Virus record (IMG/VR): IMGVR_UViG_3300044844_000506
Coordinates: 47,613-111,612 of that record
Source of the DNA: a virus
Reading direction: 5' to 3' (one strand)
DNA length: 64,000 nucleotides
Below are positions 39,379 through 48,701 of the stretch, piece after piece. Under the pieces are notes generated by a model. That model was not told the DNA's origin. It did not search any database and saw only the letters and a program-made list of their open reading frames with translations. Each line of letters begins with the position of its first letter. Positions within the stretch are counted from its first letter, which is position 1. Position numbers and translations under genes: made by a program.

Positions 39379-40209
39379 TTAGGTGGTTGTCTTGTTTTGT
39401 GTTTCTTTGCTGCTGCTGCTATTTGCCTCGTTAGTACTCTGTTTTGATCTGGTTTCTTTATTCTCTTGAATCAAGCGGATAATAGTATTCTGATCCGTAA
39501 ATAGTGGGCATACATATTTAAACCCACACCAATCGCAAAACCGATTTCTAATAGGCTGGAAATCGGCTTTAGCTTTTTTTCTAATTGTCCAAACCTCATT
39601 CTTGATGTCTTGGATGAATTTAGACACTTGAGGATATTGGAAAGTTACATAAACAAAATTACCTGTAATAGGATAAAAGTGTCCACAGGTAATTTTGTTT
39701 ATTGGAACATTCCAATTTTTACTAATCGAAACAGCATAGCCTATTAGCTGCTTATCAGTAAAAAGCTCTAACTTAGTCTTTTCTCTCTTACTAGTTTTAT
39801 AGTCTACAATCATGATAGAGCCGTCTTCAGCTTTAAGAACTCTATCTATAATACCGATATAAGCAAAGTCATCAATCTTTAACTCTTCGTTTAGCTCAAT
39901 CCCGACAGTTTGTGCCTTTGAAATCTTAGAATTAAACTCAAAGAAGTTTTTTAGACACTTTGGAATAACCTTGTCGTAATCCTGATCGTACTTATAAGTT
40001 GGCTTAACTTCTTCAGCTATCTTAGTTAAATCTTCTAAGGAACTGGTGTTTACTCCCAACTCAAAGACTTTATGGATGTAGCTTCCAAAAGCCATAGCAG
40101 TGTCGCTTCTCTGCTCTGGCATCTTTTCATGATACCTCACATAGTACTTGTAAGGACATTCCCTGTAGTTATCTAGTTTGCTATTACTTGCTTGTACGAT
40201 GAAGACCAT
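39379..40209 (-). CDS. PD-(D/E)XK RecB/AddB-type exonuclease with Fe-S cysteines
   Basis: 'S.SKL..Y.ECP..Y', 'FGS.IH', 'GIIDRV', 'IVDYKT', 'QL..YA', 'CDWC.FK.VCP'. Confidence 0.9.
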   Translation of the reverse strand: MVFIVQASNSKLDNYRECPYKYYVRYHEKMPEQRSDTAMAFGSYIHKVFELGVNTSSLEDLTKIAEEVKPTYKYDQDYDKVIPKCLKNFFEFNSKISKAQTVGIELNEELKIDDFAYIGIIDRVLKAEDGSIMIVDYKTSKREKTKLELFTDKQLIGYAVSISKNWNVPINKITCGHFYPITGNFVYVTFQYPQVSKFIQDIKNEVWTIRKKAKADFQPIRNRFCDWCGFKYVCPLFTDQNTIIRLIQENKETRSKQSTNEANSSSSKETQNKTTT

Positions 40210-40243
40210 GCTTTTGTTACCTTTGGTTACATATAATTATATT

Positions 40244-41239
40244 ATGAACTCCATAAACTTAGTTGACTTTCTAGAGCCTTATCTGGTATCTAAGTTTACT
40301 AACTATAAACTTTCTGGTCAGAATTTTATGACTAATTGTCCTTTCTGTGACGATTATAAAAGAAAGCTAGGAGTTCATCTTGATACTGGTCAATACCATT
40401 GTTTTATTTGTGATGCTAGGGGAGAGTTTGTTAGCTTATACTCTAAGCTGGAAAACATCTCTGTATTTCAAGCTCAGATACAGCTAAATTATAAGACTTT
40501 CTTAGCAAAACCAAAAGAAGCTAACGCTAAGAAAGTTGTATCAATAAATTCTATCGAAGACGAGATTAACACCTTCGATACTGTGACTTTAGAATCTTTT
40601 GACAGTCCTGATTCTTTAGTTCAACAAGCATGGTGTTACCTATATTCTCGGAAGCTATTCGATTTACATAATCTAGATAATAATAGCTTCTATATTGGTA
40701 GACAGGGGAAATTTGACAACCGTCTAATAATACCTTATATCTACAAACAACATATTCTCTACTTTCAAGGTCGATCACTACTTGAAGGAGTAAAACCAAA
40801 GTATCTAAGTCTAGATGCATCTTACGGAGTTCGCGCCGCAGATATTCTTTATCCTTTTGAATTAAACTCAAAGGAAGTAGTAGTTTGTGAGGGTCCGATT
40901 GATGCTCGTTCATTACAACTTAGAGGAGTAAACGCTACCTGCACAACAGGATGCTCTATGTCCAACAACCAGATTGAAATTCTTAAGAACTGGGGAGGAA
41001 AAATCATCATCGGTTACGATAATGATAAAGCAGGACTTAGAGGCATTGAAGAGGTTGATAAGTTGAGAAGGAAAAAGAATATGCCACCTATTCACGTTTG
41101 TCATCCTCCAAAGCAGCATAAAGATTGGAATGCCGCACATATAGAAAATGTCAACCTTAGTGAGTGGGTGGCATCAAATACGTTTGAATATAAATTTGAA
41201 AATATTATAGAAGAAAAATTACGTCAGTTGGAAATGTAA
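40244..41239 (+). CDS. DNA primase (Zn finger + TOPRIM), gp61/DnaG-like; start revised to ATG 40244
   Basis: 'CPFC...CFIC', 'RLIIP', 'FQGR', 'PKY', 'EGPIDA', 'YDND.AG', 'KDWN'. The revised start avoids overlap with the divergent nuclease. Confidence 0.92.
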   Translation: MNSINLVDFLEPYLVSKFTNYKLSGQNFMTNCPFCDDYKRKLGVHLDTGQYHCFICDARGEFVSLYSKLENISVFQAQIQLNYKTFLAKPKEANAKKVVSINSIEDEINTFDTVTLESFDSPDSLVQQAWCYLYSRKLFDLHNLDNNSFYIGRQGKFDNRLIIPYIYKQHILYFQGRSLLEGVKPKYLSLDASYGVRAADILYPFELNSKEVVVCEGPIDARSLQLRGVNATCTTGCSMSNNQIEILKNWGGKIIIGYDNDKAGLRGIEEVDKLRRKKNMPPIHVCHPPKQHKDWNAAHIENVNLSEWVASNTFEYKFENIIEEKLRQLEM

Positions 41240-42148
41240 TAAGTCTGTAACAAATGTTTGATTTAGTATATCAAACTTAGCTTGTAGAGCGTATGTTCCA
41301 ACAACCGATCCCATATTACCTGCAAGAGCTTCTGGATGTGTTGCAAGAGCATTAGTATCAAAGTTGAAGACTAATGTATTATCGCTTGTAATTTCTATAG
41401 TAGAGCTAGTTTGTGCAAAAGACGATACTGTAACCTGTGCTGGTAAGTTTGGTGTTCCGTCGTTAATTTTTAGTATCTTAAATTGAGGATTCTGTATTAC
41501 GCTATCTCGGAAGATATTCTTAACTTCCTGAGGTAGATCTGTATTTCCTATAGTAATATCTGTTCCAACTTTTAAATCGACTTTTGATCCTAATCTTAGA
41601 TACTTAGGATGTAATTGGTTTCTAACTGTAAGTAGTAGTGGCTCATTTAATGTATAGAATGTATCATTAAATAAGTGGAACTTTTGAATTATTGTCTGCC
41701 AAGACCCTGATTGGAATAGCTTGGCAGTCCATACGGCAATATAGTCACCAACTGCGCTGGCGCTGTTTGCTACAGTGCTTCCTTCGTAAACACCTGATAG
41801 AGATGCTCCACCATCAAGAACTACAGCGTAGAGTCCTGTAGAAATCTTGAAAATACCACTAGCTGTAGACCCTGGAGTATAATTAGAAGCGTTAAATGCT
41901 GAGTTAGAAGTTAGAGTAGATGAATTAGCAAAATTCATCTTAGGAGTTAATCCAGATGTTAAAAGATTATCTGAGTTTAATACAGTATCAGGATAAGTAT
42001 TAGAAGATAGATCAAAGATAGTTATAGAAGAAATCTGGTAAGGATCCGTATAGATTCCACCATTTAAAAAGTAAGCACGGATACCTACCTTCTGTAAAAC
42101 AGAAGGTCTATTATTAACATCTACTATAGAATAACCGTTTATCTGCAT
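41219..42148 (-). CDS. hypothetical virion structural protein
   Basis: 309 aa, S/T/N-rich beta composition, downstream of the gp26/gp51-like pair. Confidence 0.55.
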   Translation of the reverse strand: MQINGYSIVDVNNRPSVLQKVGIRAYFLNGGIYTDPYQISSITIFDLSSNTYPDTVLNSDNLLTSGLTPKMNFANSSTLTSNSAFNASNYTPGSTASGIFKISTGLYAVVLDGGASLSGVYEGSTVANSASAVGDYIAVWTAKLFQSGSWQTIIQKFHLFNDTFYTLNEPLLLTVRNQLHPKYLRLGSKVDLKVGTDITIGNTDLPQEVKNIFRDSVIQNPQFKILKINDGTPNLPAQVTVSSFAQTSSTIEITSDNTLVFNFDTNALATHPEALAGNMGSVVGTYALQAKFDILNQTFVTDLLHFQLT

Positions 42149-42149
42149 A

Positions 42150-42338
42150 TTACTTCTTCATGTATTCTAGCTTCTTTTTACACTCTTCATGATAAAAGTC
42201 TATAAATAAACTTCTTTCAAGATAAGTAAGATCTTTTATATCTTTAAAACTGGAAAATCCAACTTTACTTATCAATATATAGGCTTCTTCATACAGATCT
42301 TTTAAGTTTAAATTATTAATTAGCTGATTGAAAAAAAA
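42150..42338 (-). CDS. gp51-like baseplate assembly chaperone ORF without its own ATG (probable -1 frameshift extension of gp26-like)
   Basis: Hand-translated: FFFNQLINNLNLKDLYEEAYILISKVGFSSFKDIKDLTYLERSLFIDFYHEECKKKLEYMKK. It begins at a T8 run right after an in-frame TGA. Confidence 0.65.
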   Translation of the reverse strand, partial: FFFNQLINNLNLKDLYEEAYILISKVGFSSFKDIKDLTYLERSLFIDFYHEECKKKLEYMKK

Positions 42339-43039
42339 TCAACACCTACATTCATAGTAACAGTGCTAATTTGTTCACATTCTTTATTACAACAGCTATA
42401 CTGAGCATCCGTTACCATGCCATAATCACTTAAAGATATAGAATTAATTAACATTTTAATATCTTTTAATGGGAATCTAGGATCACCTAATAATTCAGCA
42501 ATCTGAGCCTTATCTAAGCAATCGTCTACAGATTCAACAAATCTCCATAGGTTATCTACAGATACAACGTAGTTTTTATCATCTGATCTTCTTGGAGTTC
42601 TAACTTTAGCTTTTACGTTTGTAACTGGAAGTAATATCTCTCTAGGATCAGTAATAGTATCTTCAACAAAATTTATTGGCAACTGACTCATCTTAAAATC
42701 TAAGACGTTCTCTGTATTGCAATAAGGGCATTTAGTTGTTACTTTATAATTATCTCCATAAGATATTTCTCTAATCTTAAACAAGATGGCTAAAATATCC
42801 ATAGAAACTAATTCTTGAGGATCTACACCTTGAACACAGTTTTCTAAAAGATAGTCAATCGGGGATTCATTATTTGATCTTTGTAAAATCCCTGCTTCAT
42901 CTTTAAAAGCCATAGGACGGACTCTAACACCGTTTGCTGCATCAAATGACTTATAAAATATACCTTTAGAAGGTAACATAACTTTAAATGATAAGTCCTT
43001 TGGGATGTGATTAAGTAACTTATCTACTAGCTTTACCAT
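42320..43039 (-). CDS. baseplate hub assembly chaperone, T4 gp26-like
   Basis: 'LPSKG..Y', 'VRPM..KDE', 'D..AIL..IR.ISYG..Y', 'CPYC', C-terminal 'C..C...FF'. Next to uvsW as in T4-like phages. Confidence 0.82.
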   Translation of the reverse strand: MVKLVDKLLNHIPKDLSFKVMLPSKGIFYKSFDAANGVRVRPMAFKDEAGILQRSNNESPIDYLLENCVQGVDPQELVSMDILAILFKIREISYGDNYKVTTKCPYCNTENVLDFKMSQLPINFVEDTITDPREILLPVTNVKAKVRTPRRSDDKNYVVSVDNLWRFVESVDDCLDKAQIAELLGDPRFPLKDIKMLINSISLSDYGMVTDAQYSCCNKECEQISTVTMNVGVDFFSIS

Positions 43040-43198
43040 AAATTTAACTCCATTTTAACTTTTTTTAAGTTTTTGCCGGATTTTTTAACTCGGACATATA
43101 ATATATAGGATTGATTATAAACTGATTAATGTACTGTAGATACATGAATAAACCATATATAACTATAATATGTAAAGAAAGTTATAATTGATTTATTT

Positions 43199-44581
43199 AT
43201 GTTGATTAAGTGTGATGTATTAAAATCCCAAATATTTACAGATAATCCAGAATTACTTAAGTCTCTTTGTTCGTTGTATGCTTTTAAGGTTGAAGGTGCA
43301 GCATACTCACCACAGTACAAAAGAAGAGTTTGGGATGGAAAGAAACACTTCATTTCTGGTACTGGAGTATTTTCCACAGGGTTACTAAGTAGGCTACTAG
43401 AAGATTTAAATAGAATAAATATAAAGCCTAAAGTTGAAACCGATTTTGAAACTAGTAACCTTCCTGAGATTCCTGTAGAATTACAAAATTGGAAATTTAG
43501 ACCACATCAAGAAGAACTAATAAAAAGAGCTTTAGAGGTTAAAAGAGGTATACTGAAAGCTCCTACAGGATTTGGTAAGACCAGTGTTATTGCTTACCTT
43601 ATTGATAGATTTAAAGACAAGAATGTTTTAGTATTGTTTAACAGAACTCAGTTAATTACACAAACGTATGAGTTTTTAACTAAAACAATAAAAGTTCCTT
43701 ACAAGATAGGTTTAGCTTTTGGTGGAGTTGATGAAGGAAGTAATATTACATTAGCTTCTGTTCATAGTTTAGAGAAAGTTGTAGGAACTCCTGCTGAACA
43801 TCCAGATTTACTAATTGTTGATGAAGTACATGAATTCTGTAGCGGTAAGTTTACTAGTCAAGTAATTAATGCGTTTCCTTCAGCTAAATATAGGTTTGGT
43901 TTAACTGCAACTGTTCCTACAGATAAAGTAAAGTTATACACTTTAGAAGGAGCCTTTGGTCCTGTAGTATCTTCTGTAGGAACACAGGAATTAATTGATG
44001 AAGGTTATCTGGCTAAACCAGTAATACAAATAATTCCTGTAAGTTGTAGCTCTGCACCTTCTGATACAGTTTACATTGATTGGTACAAAGATTATATCGT
44101 AAATAACGATTACAGAAACAATCTTATTAAAACGATTGTTGTTAAAGCATTGGAGAAACCTAATGCTAAAATAGCGATCATTGCGAACAGCCTAGAACAC
44201 GCCGAGAAGCTGAATGATCTCTTACCCCATTCTGTCAAGCTGGAGGGCAAGAACTCGATCTCAGAGAGAACTGAGGCTATTCAGGAGTTTGTGGCAGGTA
44301 AGTATAGAGTGTTGATAGGCACAACGATCCTTCAAACGGGTATAGACATCAAAGAGATCACTCACTTAATTAATGCCAGAGGATTAAAGTCTGAGACTCC
44401 AACCATACAAGCCTTAGGAAGAGTCTTAAGAAAAGATAAAGATCCTAAAGTATACTTTTATGATTTCTTAGATGAAGATGGTTGGTTAATGGAAAAGCAT
44501 TCTAGATCTAGAATTAAAGCATACAAAAAAGAGGGACATATAGTAACTATTATGCCAAGGATCTCTGATGGAACAAAATAA
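43199..44581 (+). CDS. uvsW: superfamily 2 DNA helicase, UvsW-like
   Basis: 'WDGK', 'RPHQ', 'APTGFGKT', 'DEVH', 'GLTAT', 'TGIDI', 'QALGRVLR'. Confidence 0.9.
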   Translation: MLIKCDVLKSQIFTDNPELLKSLCSLYAFKVEGAAYSPQYKRRVWDGKKHFISGTGVFSTGLLSRLLEDLNRINIKPKVETDFETSNLPEIPVELQNWKFRPHQEELIKRALEVKRGILKAPTGFGKTSVIAYLIDRFKDKNVLVLFNRTQLITQTYEFLTKTIKVPYKIGLAFGGVDEGSNITLASVHSLEKVVGTPAEHPDLLIVDEVHEFCSGKFTSQVINAFPSAKYRFGLTATVPTDKVKLYTLEGAFGPVVSSVGTQELIDEGYLAKPVIQIIPVSCSSAPSDTVYIDWYKDYIVNNDYRNNLIKTIVVKALEKPNAKIAIIANSLEHAEKLNDLLPHSVKLEGKNSISERTEAIQEFVAGKYRVLIGTTILQTGIDIKEITHLINARGLKSETPTIQALGRVLRKDKDPKVYFYDFLDEDGWLMEKHSRSRIKAYKKEGHIVTIMPRISDGTK

Positions 44582-44795
44582 ACTACAAAAATTTATTGAG
44601 AATCAACTAGGTGAATTACATTCAACCGAAAAAGAAGAATTAGAATCTATAGTAAATACTATACAAGTAGTTGTAAATCAAAAAGTAATAAATGAAGATA
44701 CTTTAAGTGTATTAAAAAACGCAGAGGATTCAGTAAGAATCCTCCGTGATAAACTAGTAAATCGTTATATTAATTTACTTAAAACTACAAAATAA
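44568..44795 (+). CDS. small hypothetical protein coupled to the helicase
   Basis: 75-aa ORF overlapping the helicase stop. Confidence 0.55.
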   Translation: MEQNKLQKFIENQLGELHSTEKEELESIVNTIQVVVNQKVINEDTLSVLKNAEDSVRILRDKLVNRYINLLKTTK

Positions 44796-45773
44796 TTAGA
44801 ATGTAAATCCTTGGGATAATGGAACTTTCTTCCAGACTCTATATACTCCGTCAGTTGCCATCTTGAATATAGTGATTTCTCCTGATCCTGTGCAGTTACG
44901 GATATCAACTTTCTTAGTTGTATCATCGAGTCTTAGGCAAATACCATTGTTATGATCAAAAGTAACTCCATCAATACTTATCTCTTCTGGACCTGTCTGT
45001 TTATTTGATTTATTAGCAAAATCAAATAACTGTACGGAAGTCATCTTTGGATTTTTATATCCAATATAACCACCAGTCCAAGTTAGAGACTTACAGTATT
45101 CAATACAAACAGCAGCAAAGCTATCAGCCCAAGTTCCATCGCTTCTCTTAGCTACATTAGTTTGCTGTATTGTTCTAAGGAATGGATCTCTAAGTTCTAC
45201 AATACCGTTTGGTCCTGAGTCTTTTATTGATACTGCAAAAGCTGCTCTACCTGCACCACGAAGCTGACCTACTTCATCTCCGTGAATACTATTAACAATT
45301 ATCTGACGAGCGTTTGTCCATTTAGGGTCAGATCTATTTCCTGCTAATCTTATCTGTAATAGTTGTGCTGGAATATTCTTACCTGAGCAACTTTCGTATA
45401 CTGCTATTCCGCTTTCAATCTCATCATAGATTGCGTGCTCCTTCATATTAGTTGTAGGAGCATCTGGTCTGGTAGTATCGACAACTCTAACTCTTGTAGT
45501 AACTGGATTACGCAACATATGTCTGCGTACCCCCCACATCGTTATGGCTTTATCACCTTTATTAACTGTAATTAATACATCTCTTAATATAGGATTAGTA
45601 AAAACAGGAGACATATCGGAAATAACCCCTGCACGACCACCACTCATTATTATTTGAGTGTTTGTTAAAGAACAGTTAGAGGCTTGAGCGGATTTCCAAT
45701 AAACTCCATCTCTATCTGTTTGTGCAGTTAATATTACTAGTGGTTCTTGAGGTAATTGTGGTCTTGTTATCAT
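44796..45773 (-). CDS. hypothetical protein (beta-rich, possibly beta-helix)
   Basis: 325-aa ORF at the end of the fibre operon. No family recognised. Confidence 0.55.
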   Translation of the reverse strand: MITRPQLPQEPLVILTAQTDRDGVYWKSAQASNCSLTNTQIIMSGGRAGVISDMSPVFTNPILRDVLITVNKGDKAITMWGVRRHMLRNPVTTRVRVVDTTRPDAPTTNMKEHAIYDEIESGIAVYESCSGKNIPAQLLQIRLAGNRSDPKWTNARQIIVNSIHGDEVGQLRGAGRAAFAVSIKDSGPNGIVELRDPFLRTIQQTNVAKRSDGTWADSFAAVCIEYCKSLTWTGGYIGYKNPKMTSVQLFDFANKSNKQTGPEEISIDGVTFDHNNGICLRLDDTTKKVDIRNCTGSGEITIFKMATDGVYRVWKKVPLSQGFTF

Positions 45774-45774
45774 G

Positions 45775-45996
45775 TTATTTTACCAAATAAGAGAAAATAT
45801 AAGAAGCTATTAAGGATATAACTGATGCAACACCTAATAACCAAGACTTATATGCTTCAATTTTATTAAGTCTATCTTCTAATTCAATTAATTTATTAGA
45901 TTGTCTATGGCTTTGACTTATTAAAGCATCTAATTTTCCTTCTAATCTTCCAATTAAAAGTATTAAATCTGGGTCTAGGTTAGAGTTTGAGTTCAT
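45775..45996 (-). CDS. small membrane protein, holin/XhlA-like
   Basis: Coiled coil ('IGRLEGKLDAL...RLNKIE') then one C-terminal TM helix (WLLGVASVISLIASYIF). Confidence 0.6.
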   Translation of the reverse strand: MNSNSNLDPDLILLIGRLEGKLDALISQSHRQSNKLIELEDRLNKIEAYKSWLLGVASVISLIASYIFSYLVK

Positions 45997-46008
45997 AAAA
46001 ATTCTTTC

Positions 46009-46185
46009 TTATTTCCAAGTTCCGCTTACTTTTATATATGGCCTTGAATACGCATAAGTACCCATTTTATTAAAATAAACTGTAGTTCTTCTCCAAGTAC
46101 CGTTATCTTTTATCCACAAAAAGGTCACTCCTCCCGCTTGCGGGGTTGGAGGAGCAGCTTGCGGTGATAATAAAGTAAGTAACAT
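46009..46185 (-). CDS. 58-aa fibre-associated protein (not in the ORF track)
   Basis: Hand-translated: MLLTLLSPQAAPPTPQAGGVTFLWIKDNGTWRRTTVYFNKMGTYAYSRPYIKVSGTWK, with repeated 'WIK.NGTW / YIKV.GTWK'. Confidence 0.7.
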   Translation of the reverse strand: MLLTLLSPQAAPPTPQAGGVTFLWIKDNGTWRRTTVYFNKMGTYAYSRPYIKVSGTWK

Positions 46186-46188
46186 TTA

Positions 46189-46353
46189 TTAAGAGTGAGG
46201 TCTTAAAGTTGTTAGTGTGGTTTGAGTTTCTTGTAGCTCTAACTCATATTGATTGTATCTATCTAAATCACCTTCTGCGTATGAAGCAGCTTTAAGACTT
46301 TCTAAATAGATAACACGTTTTTCTAATACACTAATTATTTCTGATATCTTCAT
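46189..46353 (-). CDS. 54-aa helical protein (not in the ORF track)
   Basis: Hand-translated: MKISEIISVLEKRVIYLESLKAASYAEGDLDRYNQYELELQETQTTLTTLRPHS. Tightly packed between its neighbours. Confidence 0.7.
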   Translation of the reverse strand: MKISEIISVLEKRVIYLESLKAASYAEGDLDRYNQYELELQETQTTLTTLRPHS

Positions 46354-46354
46354 A

Positions 46355-47794
46355 TTAAATCACCATTTGTCTTAATAATGCTGTACCTGTATTAATTAAG
46401 AAATACATATATATAATTTTAGTTGCACCATCTGTATATGTAATGTCAAACATTGTATCCCCAGCAGCAGCAGCACCTTGAGTATAAAGCAAGGCTCCCC
46501 AAGGATCCATCTCAGAAGTTACAAAGTTATATCTAAAGAATCTACCTGTTGCATCCTTTTGAATGTATAGATAATCTCCATTATAGGAATATTTAGTTCC
46601 TGTACTAAAAGTCTCTACGTTAGGACTAAATGTAATACCGTTAGTCCACGCATTTGATGGGATATCATAATAATCTAATCCAACTGTACCTGCTCCTCTG
46701 AATGAGTATATTCTTCTACCATTAATTATTGCACTCTCAGAAGTCCAAGAACTATCAGTAGATCCCCAAACCCAGTGAGCACTACATCCCGTTCCTGCGG
46801 AACTAGTTCTTGCTGTTGCAGGAGACAGTGTAGTCCAAGTATTAGATGTAATAGAATATCTATACAAAGTGATTGCGTTATTACCAATATAATAAATGTA
46901 GTCATCATTACCTTGAATAGCGTACACAGAATCCGTGCTAGGGTTAGTTCCCCAAGAGGATCCTACCGTAATAACTGTGCCTGTGTTACTTGCGATAGAT
47001 CTAATTTGACCAGCACCTGTTCCAGATATAATTCTAATTTGATAATTGGTCCACTGGTTTGTAGTCCAAGACTTTCCTGAATCAGTTAGAGTTGTAGCAG
47101 CACCCGCAGTAGCTGTTCCTGAAGCAAAGTTTAAATAATCATTATTCATCCAAGATGGAGTTGTAATTAATTTACCATCAGTACCTAAAGTAGCGGCTAA
47201 TCCAGTTTGAGTTAAAGTAGTCCAAGTGTTAGTAGCATAATCATATTTTTTAAAAGAACCAGAAGCAAGAGTACCTGCACCTACAACATACCACACTGGA
47301 GTTACGAGTCTATAGGTTGTTGAAGCTGTAGGTGAGGATGAGAAAGCACTTGTGACTGTAATTGTAGCGTTTGTTCCAATAGTATTTGATGCAATAGTTC
47401 TTGTATCTCCAGCACCAGGACCACCAACTAGTTGAATACTATAACCTCTTAAATCTCTAGCTAAAGTTTGGTTGGTGATAAGCGTAGTAGTCGATCCACC
47501 TGTAGCAGTTAAAGTAAAAACTCCTGTGGTATTACCTGTACTATATGATCCAGCAACAGCAGCAGCACCACCTCCGAAAGTTCCCGCAAGAGCAGGGCTT
47601 GTTATTTGTATAAATCCATCTTCAGATGCATTATATAAATAAGACTCAGTGTTACTTCTTAAATAAAGTTGTTGCTGTCTGTAGTTTCTAGATGATGCAA
47701 GACAAGAACCACCTTGAGTGGCAAGAGGAGCAGTCGTAACATACTCCCATCTTTTCAAATCTAATATTTTTCTATTTCCGTTTGTTGTTGGCAT
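46355..47794 (-). CDS. receptor-binding/fibre-tip protein with Kelch-like propeller repeats
   Basis: Repeats 'KKYDYATNTWTTL', 'YRYSITSNTWTTL', 'YYDIPSNAW', plus two 'G.GAGQ/D.R.IASNT' inserts. Confidence 0.65.
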   Translation of the reverse strand: MPTTNGNRKILDLKRWEYVTTAPLATQGGSCLASSRNYRQQQLYLRSNTESYLYNASEDGFIQITSPALAGTFGGGAAAVAGSYSTGNTTGVFTLTATGGSTTTLITNQTLARDLRGYSIQLVGGPGAGDTRTIASNTIGTNATITVTSAFSSSPTASTTYRLVTPVWYVVGAGTLASGSFKKYDYATNTWTTLTQTGLAATLGTDGKLITTPSWMNNDYLNFASGTATAGAATTLTDSGKSWTTNQWTNYQIRIISGTGAGQIRSIASNTGTVITVGSSWGTNPSTDSVYAIQGNDDYIYYIGNNAITLYRYSITSNTWTTLSPATARTSSAGTGCSAHWVWGSTDSSWTSESAIINGRRIYSFRGAGTVGLDYYDIPSNAWTNGITFSPNVETFSTGTKYSYNGDYLYIQKDATGRFFRYNFVTSEMDPWGALLYTQGAAAAGDTMFDITYTDGATKIIYMYFLINTGTALLRQMVI

Positions 47795-47797
47795 AAT

Positions 47798-48241
47798 TTA
47801 GCTCACTGAAATATTTCTTCTTAATCCATCACCAGATATTCTCATAATATCTGTTATTTGCTGTAAAGCTGTTACGCTACCTATTTGTGTTTGATTAGAT
47901 AGCGTTGTTACAGTTGCTACCGTAGTTACGTTGGATAATGTAGGTAACGAGGTAATAGCTACGTTTGCACCTGTTTCTACGTTTACTCTCAATCTACCAG
48001 TAGTATCAGGTAATACTACTCCTATTGTTTTAGCTAGTGATTGAACAGCCATTCTAAGTGCTTCAATAGCTTCAACAAGTTCACCTGTTTCTTGTGTAGG
48101 CATAGGATTAGACTGCGATACATCTGTAGCTGTACCATCTGCTCCTACACCTATTTTTACTCTTTGATGCAGTACGCCACCTATATCGTCTGCTGCGACG
48201 GTAGCTCCTGTTCCTGGTGTGTATCCTATATTGTCTGCCAT
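47798..48241 (-). CDS. tail fibre-associated protein
   Basis: 147 aa 'MADNIGYTPG.GA.VAADDI.GV.HQRVK', T/V-rich repeats. In the fibre operon. Confidence 0.6.
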   Translation of the reverse strand: MADNIGYTPGTGATVAADDIGGVLHQRVKIGVGADGTATDVSQSNPMPTQETGELVEAIEALRMAVQSLAKTIGVVLPDTTGRLRVNVETGANVAITSLPTLSNVTTVATVTTLSNQTQIGSVTALQQITDIMRISGDGLRRNISVS

Positions 48242-48251
48242 AGTTTAATCC

Positions 48252-48701
48252 TTAGCTATAATTTATTTGTTTTGCATCAAAAGTATCTAATAAAGTTCCA
48301 GAATCACTATCATTATATACTGAAACTGTATCTAAAAAATTTGAATTATCAGGGTTTAATAATCCAAAAGATACATATTGGTTATTAGATACAGAAAAAG
48401 TTCCAGTATGATTTATTAATGTAAATCCAAGTGTTACTGGATCAGAGGCTGTTGGAGATCCTTCATAACCTTGATCAGTATTATTTACCTTATAATAAAG
48501 ATCATATAATCCTTGATCATATTCAACATGGAGAGTTATAGATGTATTTATTCCTGTAATTTGTTTTTCTGTATATGTAAAATCTCCAAACAAAGAATCG
48601 TAAATAACTTCTGACCAATCAACTGCATTAGGAGTGACATCGACTCCTTCCGCAGATTTCTTGGCTAACATACCAATCTTAAATGCCATTCCACCAAACA
48701 T
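48252..48701 (-). CDS. fibre-associated protein (start revised to ATG 48701, MFGGMAF...)
   Basis: ATG is coupled (TAATG) to the long-fibre stop. Confidence 0.6.
   Translation of the reverse strand: MFGGMAFKIGMLAKKSAEGVDVTPNAVDWSEVIYDSLFGDFTYTEKQITGINTSITLHVEYDQGLYDLYYKVNNTDQGYEGSPTASDPVTLGFTLINHTGTFSVSNNQYVSFGLLNPDNSNFLDTVSVYNDSDSGTLLDTFDAKQINYS

Noticed and set aside
39379-40209. Cas4 as part of a CRISPR system
   Set aside because: It is a solo PD-(D/E)XK Fe-S nuclease beside the primase, common in phages. No cas1/cas2 or array is present.
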